From: Candidatus Bathyarchaeota archaeon
GTDB taxonomy: Archaea; Thermoproteota; Bathyarchaeia; Bathyarchaeales; Bathycorpusculaceae
DNA length: 64,000 nucleotides
Reading direction: 5' to 3'
Assembly: GCA_022865455.1 (NCBI GenBank)
Contig: JALHSY010000055.1
Location: 3,965-67,964 of the forward strand
The first letter of the stretch is position 1. Every line of letters starts with the position of its first letter. Positions 1-9,129 of the stretch are shown here, piece after piece. A program made the position numbers and the translations under genes. The notes under the pieces are model-generated. The model was not told the DNA's origin. It saw only the letters and a program-made list of their open reading frames with translations, and did no database searches.

Positions 1-837
1 GCCCATGTTCATGTCCGAAGGGTTTGGATACTCAATCGGACAGGCGTCTCGACATTCGCCGCAACCGGTGCAGTTCTTGGCGATGACGTAACGCGGGTTT
101 TTCCTGATTTTCACTTTGAAATTGCCCACATAGCCTTCGACTTTCAGAATGTCAGCAAAAGAGAGTATCTCGATGTTCGGATGCCTGCCAACATCCACCA
201 TTTTCGGACCCTCGATGCATATGCTGCAGTCAAGAGTTGGGAATGTCTTGTCCAGCAACGCCATGTAGCCGCCGATGCTCTCAGTCTTCTCCACGACGTA
301 AACCTTGTACCCCATGTCAGCCAAATCCAGCGCAGCGTTTATGCCGGCGATTCCGCCGCCGATGATCATTACCTTTTTTGTCATCGGTAGTTCAATGGGC
401 TGTAAAGGTTCGAGAAGCTTTGCCTTGGCTACGGCCATCCTGACAGTTTCTTTCGCCTTTTCCGTTGCCTCCTTAGGCGTGCTTGGGTGGCACCAAGACG
501 AGAACTCGCGAATGTTCGCCATCTCAAAGAGCCACGGGTTCAAGTCTGCCTGAGAAACACACCGCTGAAAAGTCGGCTCATAAAGCCTAGGTGAGCATCC
601 AGCGACGACTACACGGGTGAGGTTCTTCTTCTTTATCGCATCTTTGATTTCTTCTTGACCTTGGCGACTGCAGGGATAGTTCATGTTCTCAGCGTGAACA
701 ACGTTCGGCAACGTCTTCGCGTAGGTCGTCAAGTCTTCAACGTCAATCACAGAAGAGATGTTTGAACCGCATTGGCACACGAAGACGCCTATTCGAACCT
801 TCCTAGGTTCTCTCTTCTTCCTTTCTTTCCTCACCAT
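1..837 (-). CDS. hdrA: Heterodisulfide reductase subunit A-like FAD/Fe-S oxidoreductase, partial (C-terminus lies beyond window start)
   Basis: Not in the ORF track because it runs off the edge. My own translation of the minus strand from the ATG at 837 stays open to position 1 (279 codons): MVRKERKK...VFVCQCGSNI...KKVMIIGGGIAGINAALDLA (GxGxxG)...LDKTFPTLDCSICI...CTGCGECRDACP. The stop of the polyferredoxin gene abuts its start. Confidence 0.75.
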   Translation of the reverse strand, partial: MVRKERKKREPRKVRIGVFVCQCGSNISSVIDVEDLTTYAKTLPNVVHAENMNYPCSRQGQEEIKDAIKKKNLTRVVVAGCSPRLYEPTFQRCVSQADLNPWLFEMANIREFSSWCHPSTPKEATEKAKETVRMAVAKAKLLEPLQPIELPMTKKVMIIGGGIAGINAALDLADMGYKVYVVEKTESIGGYMALLDKTFPTLDCSICIEGPKMVDVGRHPNIEILSFADILKVEGYVGNFKVKIRKNPRYVIAKNCTGCGECRDACPIEYPNPSDMNMG

Positions 838-838
838 C

Positions 839-1768
839 TCACATCGCCTTCCATCCCAGCCGTTTCTCCACAGAGTCCCGTGCCCGTTGAGAACCTTTAG
901 CCTTCAACTCCTTCGTAACTTCCACTGGCGATGTCAGCCTTTCCAAAGCCTTATTCCAAGCTCCTGAACGAAGCGACGCATGGGTTATGCTGGTTCGCTT
1001 AAGCTCCAAGGCGTCGTCAACAGGACAAACAGCCTTACATGCCCCGCAATAAACGCAAAACACCTCATTCGGATACACTTTCTTAGCATCATCTGAAAGG
1101 TACAGAGCACCCGGTATCGGGCAAACGTCCAAACAGTCCGTGCAGCCTTTGGGACACTTTTCCGGGTGAATGAGGATTTTTCCGTTGATGAACTTTCGCA
1201 CCTGTAATACGCCGTCAGGGCACTTGAATTCGCAGATTCTGCAGCACGGGCAGCGGTCCTTTTCAATGTCAATCTTGACCTTAAGTCCTTTCCTCTCCTC
1301 ATCAGTCAGTAGATCAATGTCTTCTACAGGTTTCCCGTCAGCCGTCTGCCAGGTCACTTTGATCAGGTCCAGAGGACATATTTCCCGGCATTCCACACCG
1401 CGCGGAAGCTTGCTTGCATCTGCCTGGATGTCTCGGATCAACTGGGGGAAGCTTTCTTTTTCGACCACCGAGAGCGCATGCTTGCCGTTCACGGTCACTT
1501 TCATTGCTCCGTACGGGCAGAGCACGTCGCAGATTCCGCAGAAATTGCATTTCGCCAAATCCATGTCCACTTTGGCCTTTTTGGCCTTTTCCCCGTCGGT
1601 TTTTGGCTGTTTCTCGAGTTTGATGGCTTCTTTCGGACAGGCGAGGGTGCAGATTTGGCATCCTACACAATGATTCTTGTCAAGAGTGAGCCTGTAATTC
1701 TTTACGTGTAAAACCCATTCTAACGTTAGGGCGTCAGCTTTATCGGTTTTCAGTTTCTTTAGAGGCAT
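839..1768 (-). CDS. Polyferredoxin-like 4Fe-4S cluster protein
   Basis: 309-aa ORF with five Cys-cluster motifs (CVGCQICTLACP, CNFCGICDVLCP, CPCCRICEFKCP, CTDCLDVCP, CVYCGACKAVCP). It sits immediately upstream of the hdrA-like gene. Confidence 0.85.
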   Translation of the reverse strand: MPLKKLKTDKADALTLEWVLHVKNYRLTLDKNHCVGCQICTLACPKEAIKLEKQPKTDGEKAKKAKVDMDLAKCNFCGICDVLCPYGAMKVTVNGKHALSVVEKESFPQLIRDIQADASKLPRGVECREICPLDLIKVTWQTADGKPVEDIDLLTDEERKGLKVKIDIEKDRCPCCRICEFKCPDGVLQVRKFINGKILIHPEKCPKGCTDCLDVCPIPGALYLSDDAKKVYPNEVFCVYCGACKAVCPVDDALELKRTSITHASLRSGAWNKALERLTSPVEVTKELKAKGSQRARDSVEKRLGWKAM

Positions 1769-1868
1769 TCACTGACCCACCAAGTCACATCTTTGCGACG
1801 TGAAACCATGGTCAAAAGGTAGGCTACACTTACTTTCATATATAGTTTGGTTTGAAGTCCATTGTTTT

Positions 1869-2429
1869 TTAATGAGCAAGTTTAATGCAAATTGCCACAT
1901 GGCATTGCAAGCCCTCGTCTTCCAACGCAACAATGCTCAGATTTGCAGCCTGTAGCAGTTCTCCAAAATTATTTAGCGTGAAAGACTTCTTCAAACCGGT
2001 GACAACTATGACAGCCTCTTTTTTTGCGACTCGATTAAGCTCGTTAAGTGTCGTGGCGGGATTCGGCGTGTTTTGTACGAGCGTAAGGGCAAAGACATTG
2101 CTGAATGTGTTTCTCCTTAGAGGCATGTAGTCCGCATCGGCCAAGATCAAGTGCACATTCGAGTAATCTTTGGCGCGCGTTTTGGCTTGCTGCAAAGTCT
2201 TCCTAGAAATGTCCAGTCCGACAGTTGCCCTTGCTCGGTTAGCAACATGTTTGAACAGCAGTCCAGTCCCGCAGCCAACATCCAGAGCCATGCCACTTCT
2301 GACGATTTTCGCAGTTTTCAAGGCTGCATCGATCTTTGCAGACTGCTCTTCAGCATATCGCATATCATACAGGTGCGCCGTCGTGTCGTAGCGCCGCATT
2401 ATCGCACGTTTCTTGTTCCAGCTGCTCAT
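1869..2429 (-). CDS. Class I SAM-dependent methyltransferase
   Basis: 186 aa with motif I LDVGCGTGLL and a downstream acidic loop GLDIS. The size is typical of small-molecule methyltransferases. Confidence 0.8.
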   Translation of the reverse strand: MSSWNKKRAIMRRYDTTAHLYDMRYAEEQSAKIDAALKTAKIVRSGMALDVGCGTGLLFKHVANRARATVGLDISRKTLQQAKTRAKDYSNVHLILADADYMPLRRNTFSNVFALTLVQNTPNPATTLNELNRVAKKEAVIVVTGLKKSFTLNNFGELLQAANLSIVALEDEGLQCHVAICIKLAH

Positions 2430-2490
2430 GGTACGCCTTCAGAAATCTTATGTATGCACAAGTCCTCATAAACTATTGGCGGACAACACC

Positions 2491-3276
2491 GTGCCTGATT
2501 CCAAACCTTTAACAGTTCTAGTCAATCCGAACGTTGCAGAAGCGGAAAAGACAGCTAGAGAGGCTGTTTCTCAACATAAGACGCTGATTGTCATCGGCAA
2601 TTGCTGGGTGCATTATCAGGGCAGGGCAAGGTCGGAACTTGAACCTGGAGAGCGCATCTTGGTAATCAAGCAGGACGGTTCTCTCCTTGTCCATCGTTCA
2701 GTCGGCTATGAGCCGGTTAACTGGCAGCCTCCAGGCTGTGTTTTTCACACTCAAATGCGGGGCAACTTTCTGGAAGTTCACGCTGTAAGACAGAAGCCAG
2801 CTGAATCTGTTAAGGTGTCTTTTGACCGAATCCAGATGGTTTCTGCTCTAAGCCTCCAAGACTCGGGTGAGTTCTCCCTTTATGCAAGTGAGGAGGACAT
2901 GCAGAAAGCCATTTTGTGCAGGCCTTCACTGTTGGAAGAGGGATTCAAGCCTATCAGTTATGAGAAAAGGGTTCAGCCGGGTTTTGTGGACGTCTACGGC
3001 GTGGACAAGGATGGGAAACTCGTAGTTGTGGAGATTAAGCGGAAGAAGGCTGGAAAGGAGGCGGCGATACAACTTGCAAAGTACGTTGACGCGGTAAAGA
3101 GCAGGGCAGATCGTGAAGTGCGAGGGATCCTTGCAGCTCCGAGCATTGCGAAGGAAGTTCAGAGAACATTAGAGACGCTTGGCCTAGAGTTCAAATCCTT
3201 AGACCCGAAAAAATGCGCGGAAACGCTTCGTCGCTCGGAGACTGCAAAGCTGACTGAGTTTTTTGTGGAAAAATAA
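2491..3276 (+). CDS. nucS: Endonuclease NucS (mismatch/branched-DNA nuclease)
   Basis: Contains LIVIGNCWVHYQGRARSELEPGERILVIKQDGSLLVHR...PVNWQPPG and a C-terminal RecB-like VDVYGVDKDGKLVVVEIKRKKA. The track ORF starts at 2413 and overlaps the divergent gene. An in-frame GTG at 2491 gives the usual ~260-aa length. Confidence 0.85.
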   Translation: MPDSKPLTVLVNPNVAEAEKTAREAVSQHKTLIVIGNCWVHYQGRARSELEPGERILVIKQDGSLLVHRSVGYEPVNWQPPGCVFHTQMRGNFLEVHAVRQKPAESVKVSFDRIQMVSALSLQDSGEFSLYASEEDMQKAILCRPSLLEEGFKPISYEKRVQPGFVDVYGVDKDGKLVVVEIKRKKAGKEAAIQLAKYVDAVKSRADREVRGILAAPSIAKEVQRTLETLGLEFKSLDPKKCAETLRRSETAKLTEFFVEK

Positions 3277-3315
3277 ATTAGTAGGTTTGGAGTTGGCTTT
3301 GAAGGGTTGAAAATT

Positions 3316-3855
3316 ATGAATGTTTGGAAGGACATTCCAGCAGGCGACAAGCCGCCTCAATTGTTGAATGTGGTCATTGAAGTCATAAGCGGTTCCAGAG
3401 ACAAGTACGAGCATCATTCCGAATGGGAAGCCTTCGTTCTAGACCGTGTGATCCCTTCGTCAGTGGTTTTTCCAGTCGAGTACGATTTTGTTCCGCAGAC
3501 CTGGTTTGACGATGGCGACCCCCTTGACATAATGGTGATGAGCTACGAACCGCTTGAGGTCGGCTGCATAGTGAAAGCCCGAGTTATTGGAGCGCTGATT
3601 GTTGAGGATGAGGCTGGGGAGGACGCGAAGATACTATCCGTGCCCGTGAATGATGCGAGATTCGACGGTTACCATGACATGACAGATGTGCACCCGCACG
3701 AGATTAAGGAGATACAAGAGTTTTTCGAAACGTACAAGCGGCTTGAGCCCCACAAGTGGGTGAGATTCAAAGAATGGAAAAACGCTGAGGACGCTTGGAA
3801 GATAGTCACCTACTCCATGGACAAGTACAAGGAATTGATGAAACAGAAAAAGTAA
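3316..3855 (+). CDS. ppa: Inorganic pyrophosphatase, family I
   Basis: Contains VIEVISGSRDKYE...LDRV...YDFVPQTWFDDGDPLDIMV...DEAGEDAKILSVP, the typical soluble PPase signature. The ATG at 3316 gives MNVWKDIPAG. The track start at 3307 is a TTG. Confidence 0.9.
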   Translation: MNVWKDIPAGDKPPQLLNVVIEVISGSRDKYEHHSEWEAFVLDRVIPSSVVFPVEYDFVPQTWFDDGDPLDIMVMSYEPLEVGCIVKARVIGALIVEDEAGEDAKILSVPVNDARFDGYHDMTDVHPHEIKEIQEFFETYKRLEPHKWVRFKEWKNAEDAWKIVTYSMDKYKELMKQKK

Positions 3856-3879
3856 GCCGCGGTTCTTGCTTGCAGTTGG

Positions 3880-5502
3880 CTAGGGCAGTATCTTCGAGAA
3901 AGCTTCGTATTCCTTGTCCGAGAACCAGCCTTCAGCCCTAAGTTGCCTCAGTCCGCTCTCAATCTGCTCACGAGCGACACTGGCTTTCAACAGGTCCGTC
4001 TTTTCGCCTGCCTCGTTTGTCTCTCTCTCAAACACGGCGTTCTTCTCCATTAGGGATGGAAACTTGCTCAGAAATGAGCCTATTGCAGGCGAGCGAGGAT
4101 TGAACAACTGTTTTATTCTTGCCTTGCCTAAGGCGCCTTTGAGTTTTACGAGAAGCTTGACGCTGTTCACGGTTGACGGCGGAATGGCCATGTAGCGTTT
4201 TCTCGAAGCGGACTGGAAGCACACCAGATAGAATGGCATGTAGATGATTGACAGTTTCTTTTGTTTCGGTTGTATGCCTAGCTTGTCAGGCACTGTTATC
4301 GATGCTTCTCTGAGTTTTGCCGTGTTGTCCATCTGTTTGATTATTGTCGATGTCAGTTCTTCCATCTTGCCGATTTCCTGTTTGAGGATTTGGGTTTTCG
4401 CGTCTCTTGAAGATTCGATTTCAACCAGTTCTCTGTTTGCTTCTTGGGCTTTGGAGTCGCAATTCGACTTGATTGTGAGGATTTCCCCTGTTTTCTTGTC
4501 CTCAGTCTCCTTCAGATCCTTCTCGAATCTCTTGATCTCAGATTCGACGATGGAAAGCTCTTTTTTCAGCTTTTCCCGCTCTTCTTTCCATTTTCTTTCG
4601 CCAACGGCGTTCTTGCTTTTCGCACTTGTCTTTATTTCCGCCTCGCAGTGTTCAACCCGTCTGTTCAGCTGGTCTTTCGTTTTTTCTCGTTTGACCTTTT
4701 CCTTTTGCAGGCGAAGAAGCTCTTTCTCAAACTTCTTGGAAATCACAGTTATTTCTGCATCGTATTTGCTGCGTATTTCTTTGACCTTTTCTTCGACTGG
4801 ACCTCGGTGTTTCTTCAGTTCTTCGTTGAATGAGTCTCTTGTCTCCCTGATTTGGTCGAGTAAGTTTTTTGCAAACTCTTTGGTAGTCGCATTCAGAAGC
4901 TTCATGCCTTTGCCTAGGTCTCGGACTTCCTCTGCAAACTTGGCTTTCAAGCTTTCCAGTTCGTTTATTGCTGACGAGATCACCGTTCCATCTATTGTCG
5001 AGGGAAGAACCGTCACGTTGCGCGATGCTTCAAAAAGCCCTGCTTCAGCAACATAAGTGTCAAATTCTTGGAGAAAAACAGGTTCAGCCAACAGTCCGTC
5101 TAGGACGGTTTTCTCTTGTCGGTCTGACACCTGAAAATAGTTTTGGTTGTCTGAGAGGAAAGCAGCGTAAGCTTGTCTGGAGCTGGAGCTTCTTTCGGCG
5201 CTGCCGATGAAAGTTGGGATTTCTTGGATTTCCGGGTGCAGTAGCGCATGAGAGTGTGCCTTCAATCCGTCGAAGATTAAGTTTGCTTCGTGGAACGGAG
5301 CGACCCATAAAGGGTAGTACGTTTTTGCTATGAAGCTGATTTTTTCTGGGGGCTGTTTTATGACGATTCCGCCGCCTTTTCTTTTTTCCATTTGAGCCAA
5401 ACAGAAGACTGCGGCTTTTTCCGTTTCTTCTGGGAACTGTTCGCGGCGGTTCTGCGATAAGACGGAAAACGGGAGAACCAGTTCGGGTGTTTCTTGAGGC
5501 AA
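3880..5502 (-). CDS. Hypothetical coiled-coil protein
   Basis: Long uninterrupted 540-aa ORF. The central ~250 aa are K/E-rich heptad-like sequence. No recognisable catalytic motif. Confidence 0.6.
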   Translation of the reverse strand: MPQETPELVLPFSVLSQNRREQFPEETEKAAVFCLAQMEKRKGGGIVIKQPPEKISFIAKTYYPLWVAPFHEANLIFDGLKAHSHALLHPEIQEIPTFIGSAERSSSSRQAYAAFLSDNQNYFQVSDRQEKTVLDGLLAEPVFLQEFDTYVAEAGLFEASRNVTVLPSTIDGTVISSAINELESLKAKFAEEVRDLGKGMKLLNATTKEFAKNLLDQIRETRDSFNEELKKHRGPVEEKVKEIRSKYDAEITVISKKFEKELLRLQKEKVKREKTKDQLNRRVEHCEAEIKTSAKSKNAVGERKWKEEREKLKKELSIVESEIKRFEKDLKETEDKKTGEILTIKSNCDSKAQEANRELVEIESSRDAKTQILKQEIGKMEELTSTIIKQMDNTAKLREASITVPDKLGIQPKQKKLSIIYMPFYLVCFQSASRKRYMAIPPSTVNSVKLLVKLKGALGKARIKQLFNPRSPAIGSFLSKFPSLMEKNAVFERETNEAGEKTDLLKASVAREQIESGLRQLRAEGWFSDKEYEAFSKILP

Positions 5503-5547
5503 GTATTCACCGTTTTTGATACTATTGATAGACTCAGTTTAAATGCG

Positions 5548-6930
5548 TTATGAAAGCTGCAGTTTCTCCATCTGCGAAACCTGTTTTTCCGGAGCAAAGA
5601 AATCGGTTATTCTCTTCTGGAATAGCGCGCTTTTTAACAGGTCACTTCTCCTTATCCATTGTTCCAGCGGAATTTGGAGTCGGGCTGCAATCCATTTCAA
5701 CGCCATTTCCAAGGTGTTGAAGATGTACGGCTTCTGCCTCATGGCGTTTCTCACGTTCTCCCTCACTTGCCACACTCCGACAGGCATTATGTAGCCTGGG
5801 CGAGCCTCGCGCAGCACAATCACGGTGGCCTGTCTTCTTTCCTTCACAAGCTGGTCGCAGACGGCCAAACGTGCGGCATAGTAACAGCCGCCTATTTCTG
5901 CGTAGGTTGTTCTTCCATCGTGGCCTTCCCAGTCCGAATACATGACGGCTTCACTGCCGCCAGGATTCCAGACGGTGCCCGGGTACCATGCTTCCATGGC
6001 TTCGTAGCTCCAAGCGCTTGGGATCATTAGAATTTCGAAGATGTTGTCCAAGTACCGAGATTCGTACACGCGGTGTTCGTTTATTTCGGGGAATTGTTTT
6101 ACTTGGGCCATGAGGTTCTTTGAGACGATGTCGTCCACTGCGGTTATGCTCCAGCGTGTTGGCACGAGGCGCCTGTTGTCTTTCAGGCCGAATGCGCCGA
6201 CGCTGAAGGCTCTTTGAATCTTCGTAACGGAAACGCCTTCTTCGTAAAGTTCAAGCACGGCTGGCACGGCTTTCAGGTCGGTGTCGCTGTAGGCTTTCTC
6301 CACATGCTGGTCCCATCGGGTGTTGCTCAGGAGCAAGTCGCGGATTGGTGCTGAAGGCCCGAAGGGTTGGACTTCGTCGTCGAGGAATATGGAGCCATGC
6401 GGTCTCTTGGTCAACAGCAACTCGACATCCACTGGTTTGACGGCCAGTGCCAGTTCACGGGTCTTGTCAATTATTTTCCCCGCTTCCTCGAACCTTCTCA
6501 CGTGGACTCGGTGTTTGCCGCGGATGAGCATTGAGCGGAAGCCGACGATCTCGTCCATAGACCTTCCAAACCACAGCTCTGGCAGGTCGTAGAGGCTTGT
6601 GTCTTCCTGCACGGGCGGGACAAGTGGGCCAGCATAGACGTTTGGGTAGCCGATTCTGCCGACGAAAACGCTCGGTGGCGACGCGCCGGCTATGTCTTCG
6701 CTGCTCATTAAGGGCACGCTCCTGAGGTAGTATTTCACTTTGACCATTATGGGGCAGCGGTCTTTTCCGCAGAGAAGTCTTGAGCCTTTGCAGATTACGC
6801 ATAGACCGCTTTTCGAATCTTTGCCGGTAATGGTCAGAACGCCTTCTTGGTCGAGGTTCGTGCTTCTTAGAAGATCGTGCACCCAAGTGTTTGAGTAGGC
6901 TTTGCTGACTTGTTTTGGTGAAAAGGTCAA
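5548..6930 (-). CDS. Nre-family archaeal DNA repair protein (DUF650/DUF651-like)
   Basis: 460 aa with an N-terminal Cys cluster CVICKGSRLLCGKDRCP. Length and overall pattern match my memory of archaeal Nre proteins. Assigned by recall only. Confidence 0.65.
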   Translation of the reverse strand: MTFSPKQVSKAYSNTWVHDLLRSTNLDQEGVLTITGKDSKSGLCVICKGSRLLCGKDRCPIMVKVKYYLRSVPLMSSEDIAGASPPSVFVGRIGYPNVYAGPLVPPVQEDTSLYDLPELWFGRSMDEIVGFRSMLIRGKHRVHVRRFEEAGKIIDKTRELALAVKPVDVELLLTKRPHGSIFLDDEVQPFGPSAPIRDLLLSNTRWDQHVEKAYSDTDLKAVPAVLELYEEGVSVTKIQRAFSVGAFGLKDNRRLVPTRWSITAVDDIVSKNLMAQVKQFPEINEHRVYESRYLDNIFEILMIPSAWSYEAMEAWYPGTVWNPGGSEAVMYSDWEGHDGRTTYAEIGGCYYAARLAVCDQLVKERRQATVIVLREARPGYIMPVGVWQVRENVRNAMRQKPYIFNTLEMALKWIAARLQIPLEQWIRRSDLLKSALFQKRITDFFAPEKQVSQMEKLQLS

Positions 6931-7061
6931 CGCTTATCATCCAGAATGATGGTTGAAAGTGGCTCTTATCTTTTCTGAGATCAGTTCACTGTCCTGTCAG
7001 TATTTACGTTTTCCGTGTGTTTTATATCGGCTCCCACGTGAGCATTATGGTGTGAGCTGCC

Positions 7062-7343
7062 ATGAGCGAAAATGTGCGTTACTACAAGGGAAAGTACAAA
7101 GTTAAGGTTTTGACTGAGAGCAAGGGAAGCTGGATTGTTGAGGCTTTAGAGTCGTTTGAAGATGACGTTCAAGGCACAAAGACGGAAGTCAAGGCCGGTG
7201 AACGACGCATCGTAGCTCCGAACCTGCTTCTCAAGAAAGAAAGCCTGCCGCCTCCGATAAAAGAGCACGTCTACGAGTTGAAAATAGAGAAGAAGCTCAA
7301 GCATTTGATTGAAGAAAAAGAGAAAGGACAGAAACAAGTCTAG
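7062..7343 (+). CDS. Hypothetical small protein
   Basis: 93-aa ORF in an otherwise empty intergenic space with a plausible K/E-rich composition. No homology recognised. Confidence 0.4.
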   Translation: MSENVRYYKGKYKVKVLTESKGSWIVEALESFEDDVQGTKTEVKAGERRIVAPNLLLKKESLPPPIKEHVYELKIEKKLKHLIEEKEKGQKQV

Positions 7344-8182
7344 GAGATAGGCTTCTTTCCGTACACTTTTACGCTTGACACTATGCCAACCATTTGCTTC
7401 AATTCATCATGGGAAACGCCTAGTTTCTCGGCTTGAGTTTTCACGTTTGGATCGTCAAGCATGAATTCAGCTGGAAAGCGTGTCTCATCAATCACTTTGA
7501 CTTCTTTGAATCCTGCTTTCTCTATCATTTTCAAGTATTCCCTTTTCTTCACAGCACCTGCCACGCAGCCTACGTAGGCTCTGACGTTTTCCTTCACAGA
7601 CTCAGGAAGCTTCTTGTCTAGAACAATGTCCGAAATCATCAATCTGCCGCCAGGTTTCAGAACTCTGAAAGCTTCTTCGAAGACTCTTTGCTTGTTTGGC
7701 GAAAGGTTGATCACGCAGTTGGAAATAACAGCGTCAACCGTGTTGTCGGCAACAGGTAGATTCTCTATTTCTCCAAGTCTGAACTCGACATTCTTACGTC
7801 TGCTTTTGCGAGCATTTTCTCTCGCTTTGTCAAGCATCTCAGGAGTCATGTCCACGCCGATCACCTTTCCAGTTTCCCCCACTTTCTTTGCAGCGAGAAA
7901 ACAGTCAAAACCTCCGCCTGAACCAAGATCAAGAACGGTTTCGCCTTCCCTCAGGGAAGCGATAGCAATGGGGTTTCCGCAGCCGAGACTCAGATCGGCG
8001 CCTGCAGGGATAGAATCGAGCTCTTCGTCAGAATAACCGATTTTCTTGCTGTACTCTCTTTGCGTATCGCTTTTGTCGCAGCACACATCTGAAGAACCAC
8101 AGGAACAAGCCTGTTCTTTTGCGACTTTTGCGTAGCCTTCACGCACCATCTTCCTCACCTTATCTTCTCTCACACTGTTCAC
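7340..8182 (-). CDS. arsM: Arsenite S-adenosylmethionine methyltransferase-like
   Basis: Contains an N-terminal Cys pair CSCGSSDVCC, then SLGCGNPIAIASL, VLDLGSGGGFD, VIGVDMTPEML, VISNCVINLSPNK, FRVLKPGGRLMISD and YVGCVAGA. This is the canonical ArsM pattern. Confidence 0.8.
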   Translation of the reverse strand: MNSVREDKVRKMVREGYAKVAKEQACSCGSSDVCCDKSDTQREYSKKIGYSDEELDSIPAGADLSLGCGNPIAIASLREGETVLDLGSGGGFDCFLAAKKVGETGKVIGVDMTPEMLDKARENARKSRRKNVEFRLGEIENLPVADNTVDAVISNCVINLSPNKQRVFEEAFRVLKPGGRLMISDIVLDKKLPESVKENVRAYVGCVAGAVKKREYLKMIEKAGFKEVKVIDETRFPAEFMLDDPNVKTQAEKLGVSHDELKQMVGIVSSVKVYGKKPIS

Positions 8183-8436
8183 CTCCTTACTTGAGAATCG
8201 CTAAGCATGGGACCAAGCATCGATTTTATTTGGTCACTAAGGTTGTCGGCTTTAATCATTATTATGCAGCATATCTCGCCCTTATGCTCATAGCCGATGA
8301 CTGCCAACTTGTCGTCTGGCTTCAGTCCAGCCTTTTCTCTCACGTCTTTGGGCAAGACTATCTGACCCCTCGCATCCATCGACACAACTGCATCAACCCT
8401 GAAACATCCCTCTTGGTCCTTCACACACATCACCAC
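8179..8436 (-). CDS. AbrB/SpoVT-type DNA-binding protein
   Basis: 85 aa with the swapped-hairpin motif MDARGQIVLPKDVREKAGLKPDDKLAV. It overlaps the arsM start by 4 nt, which suggests an operon. Confidence 0.65.
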   Translation of the reverse strand: MVMCVKDQEGCFRVDAVVSMDARGQIVLPKDVREKAGLKPDDKLAVIGYEHKGEICCIIMIKADNLSDQIKSMLGPMLSDSQVRR

Positions 8437-8600
8437 AGAAAAGCAAATCGCTTCGGAATATTAAAACTTATCTGAGAATTCTGATAAATCCGAAATAACT
8501 GAGGGTTGGCGCCCTGGCCGAGATTTTGCCCAATTTCCAAATCTCGCTTCTTGCATGATGCATAAAAAATGATTGATCTCCTGTTCAAATATATCGTTTG

Positions 8601-8620
8601 CGTTTTATTTGCATAAAACG
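8601..8620. promoter_or_regulatory. Palindrome CGTTTTAT-TTGC-ATAAAACG (copy 1 of 3)
   Basis: Perfect 8-bp inverted repeat with a 4-nt spacer, 165 nt upstream of the abrB-arsM operon. The same palindrome occurs at 31779-31798 and 34631-34650. Confidence 0.6.
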
Positions 8621-8910
8621 AAAACAACAGTTTCCGACTTGGCAGATTCTCCGCTCTTATGGCAGAATCAACAACTTGGATTCTTGACATCATTATTCTG
8701 AAGCCTATTCATTCAATTGCCAAAAAAGTCTGAAAAGTTACTCTTGGTCTTTGATAGAGGGGCAAAGGAACTTGAGCAATCTGTTTCATTGGCTTCAATA
8801 CTGAATGCTTTTCTTATTTCGCCGGTCTCTAGACCGCCTTCTTCCGGTAGAACTTGGCAAAGTCGACAGTATGAACAACTGGGGTTTTATGGATCGTTGT
8901 GGTGGGGTCG

Positions 8911-8935
8911 CTTAGGTCAAAGCCCACGTTTGAAC
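8911..8935 (+). repeat. 25-nt direct repeat, left copy (CTTAGGTCAAAGCCCACGTTTGAAC)
   Basis: 23/25 identical to 12718-12742 in the same orientation. The two copies bracket the 1162-aa fusion gene. Confidence 0.7.
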
Positions 8936-9129
8936 CCTGAGGTTTGATTGTGCCTTGTTTAGGCAAGCAAAAGAGAAGGGATTCAGACAGAGCAGGACGG
9001 TTGGATTAATCTATTGACGAGTTCTTGGATGTCATTCAGTTCCGCCGTAGACTCGCCGATACACCAAACTTGGCTGTTTGAGTGCATTTTATTGTCATGC
9101 AAATGAAATAGATGACTAGTTCAAAAGGA

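Noticed and set aside
4244-5056. Long antisense or alternative-frame ORFs inside large genes. Examples are 4244-5056, 42224-42769, 7614-8036, and the 48809-49750 series rich in R/P/T.
   Set aside because: They lie opposite or out of frame within much longer ORFs that carry clear protein motifs. They have low-complexity, compositionally driven sequences (S/F/L-rich or R/P/T-rich).
8430-8947. ORFs 8430-8693 (minus strand) and 8717-8947 (plus strand) in the arsM-to-fusion-gene spacer.
   Set aside because: They have odd composition and no motifs. They overlap the palindrome and the left direct repeat. I treat the spacer as regulatory or non-coding.
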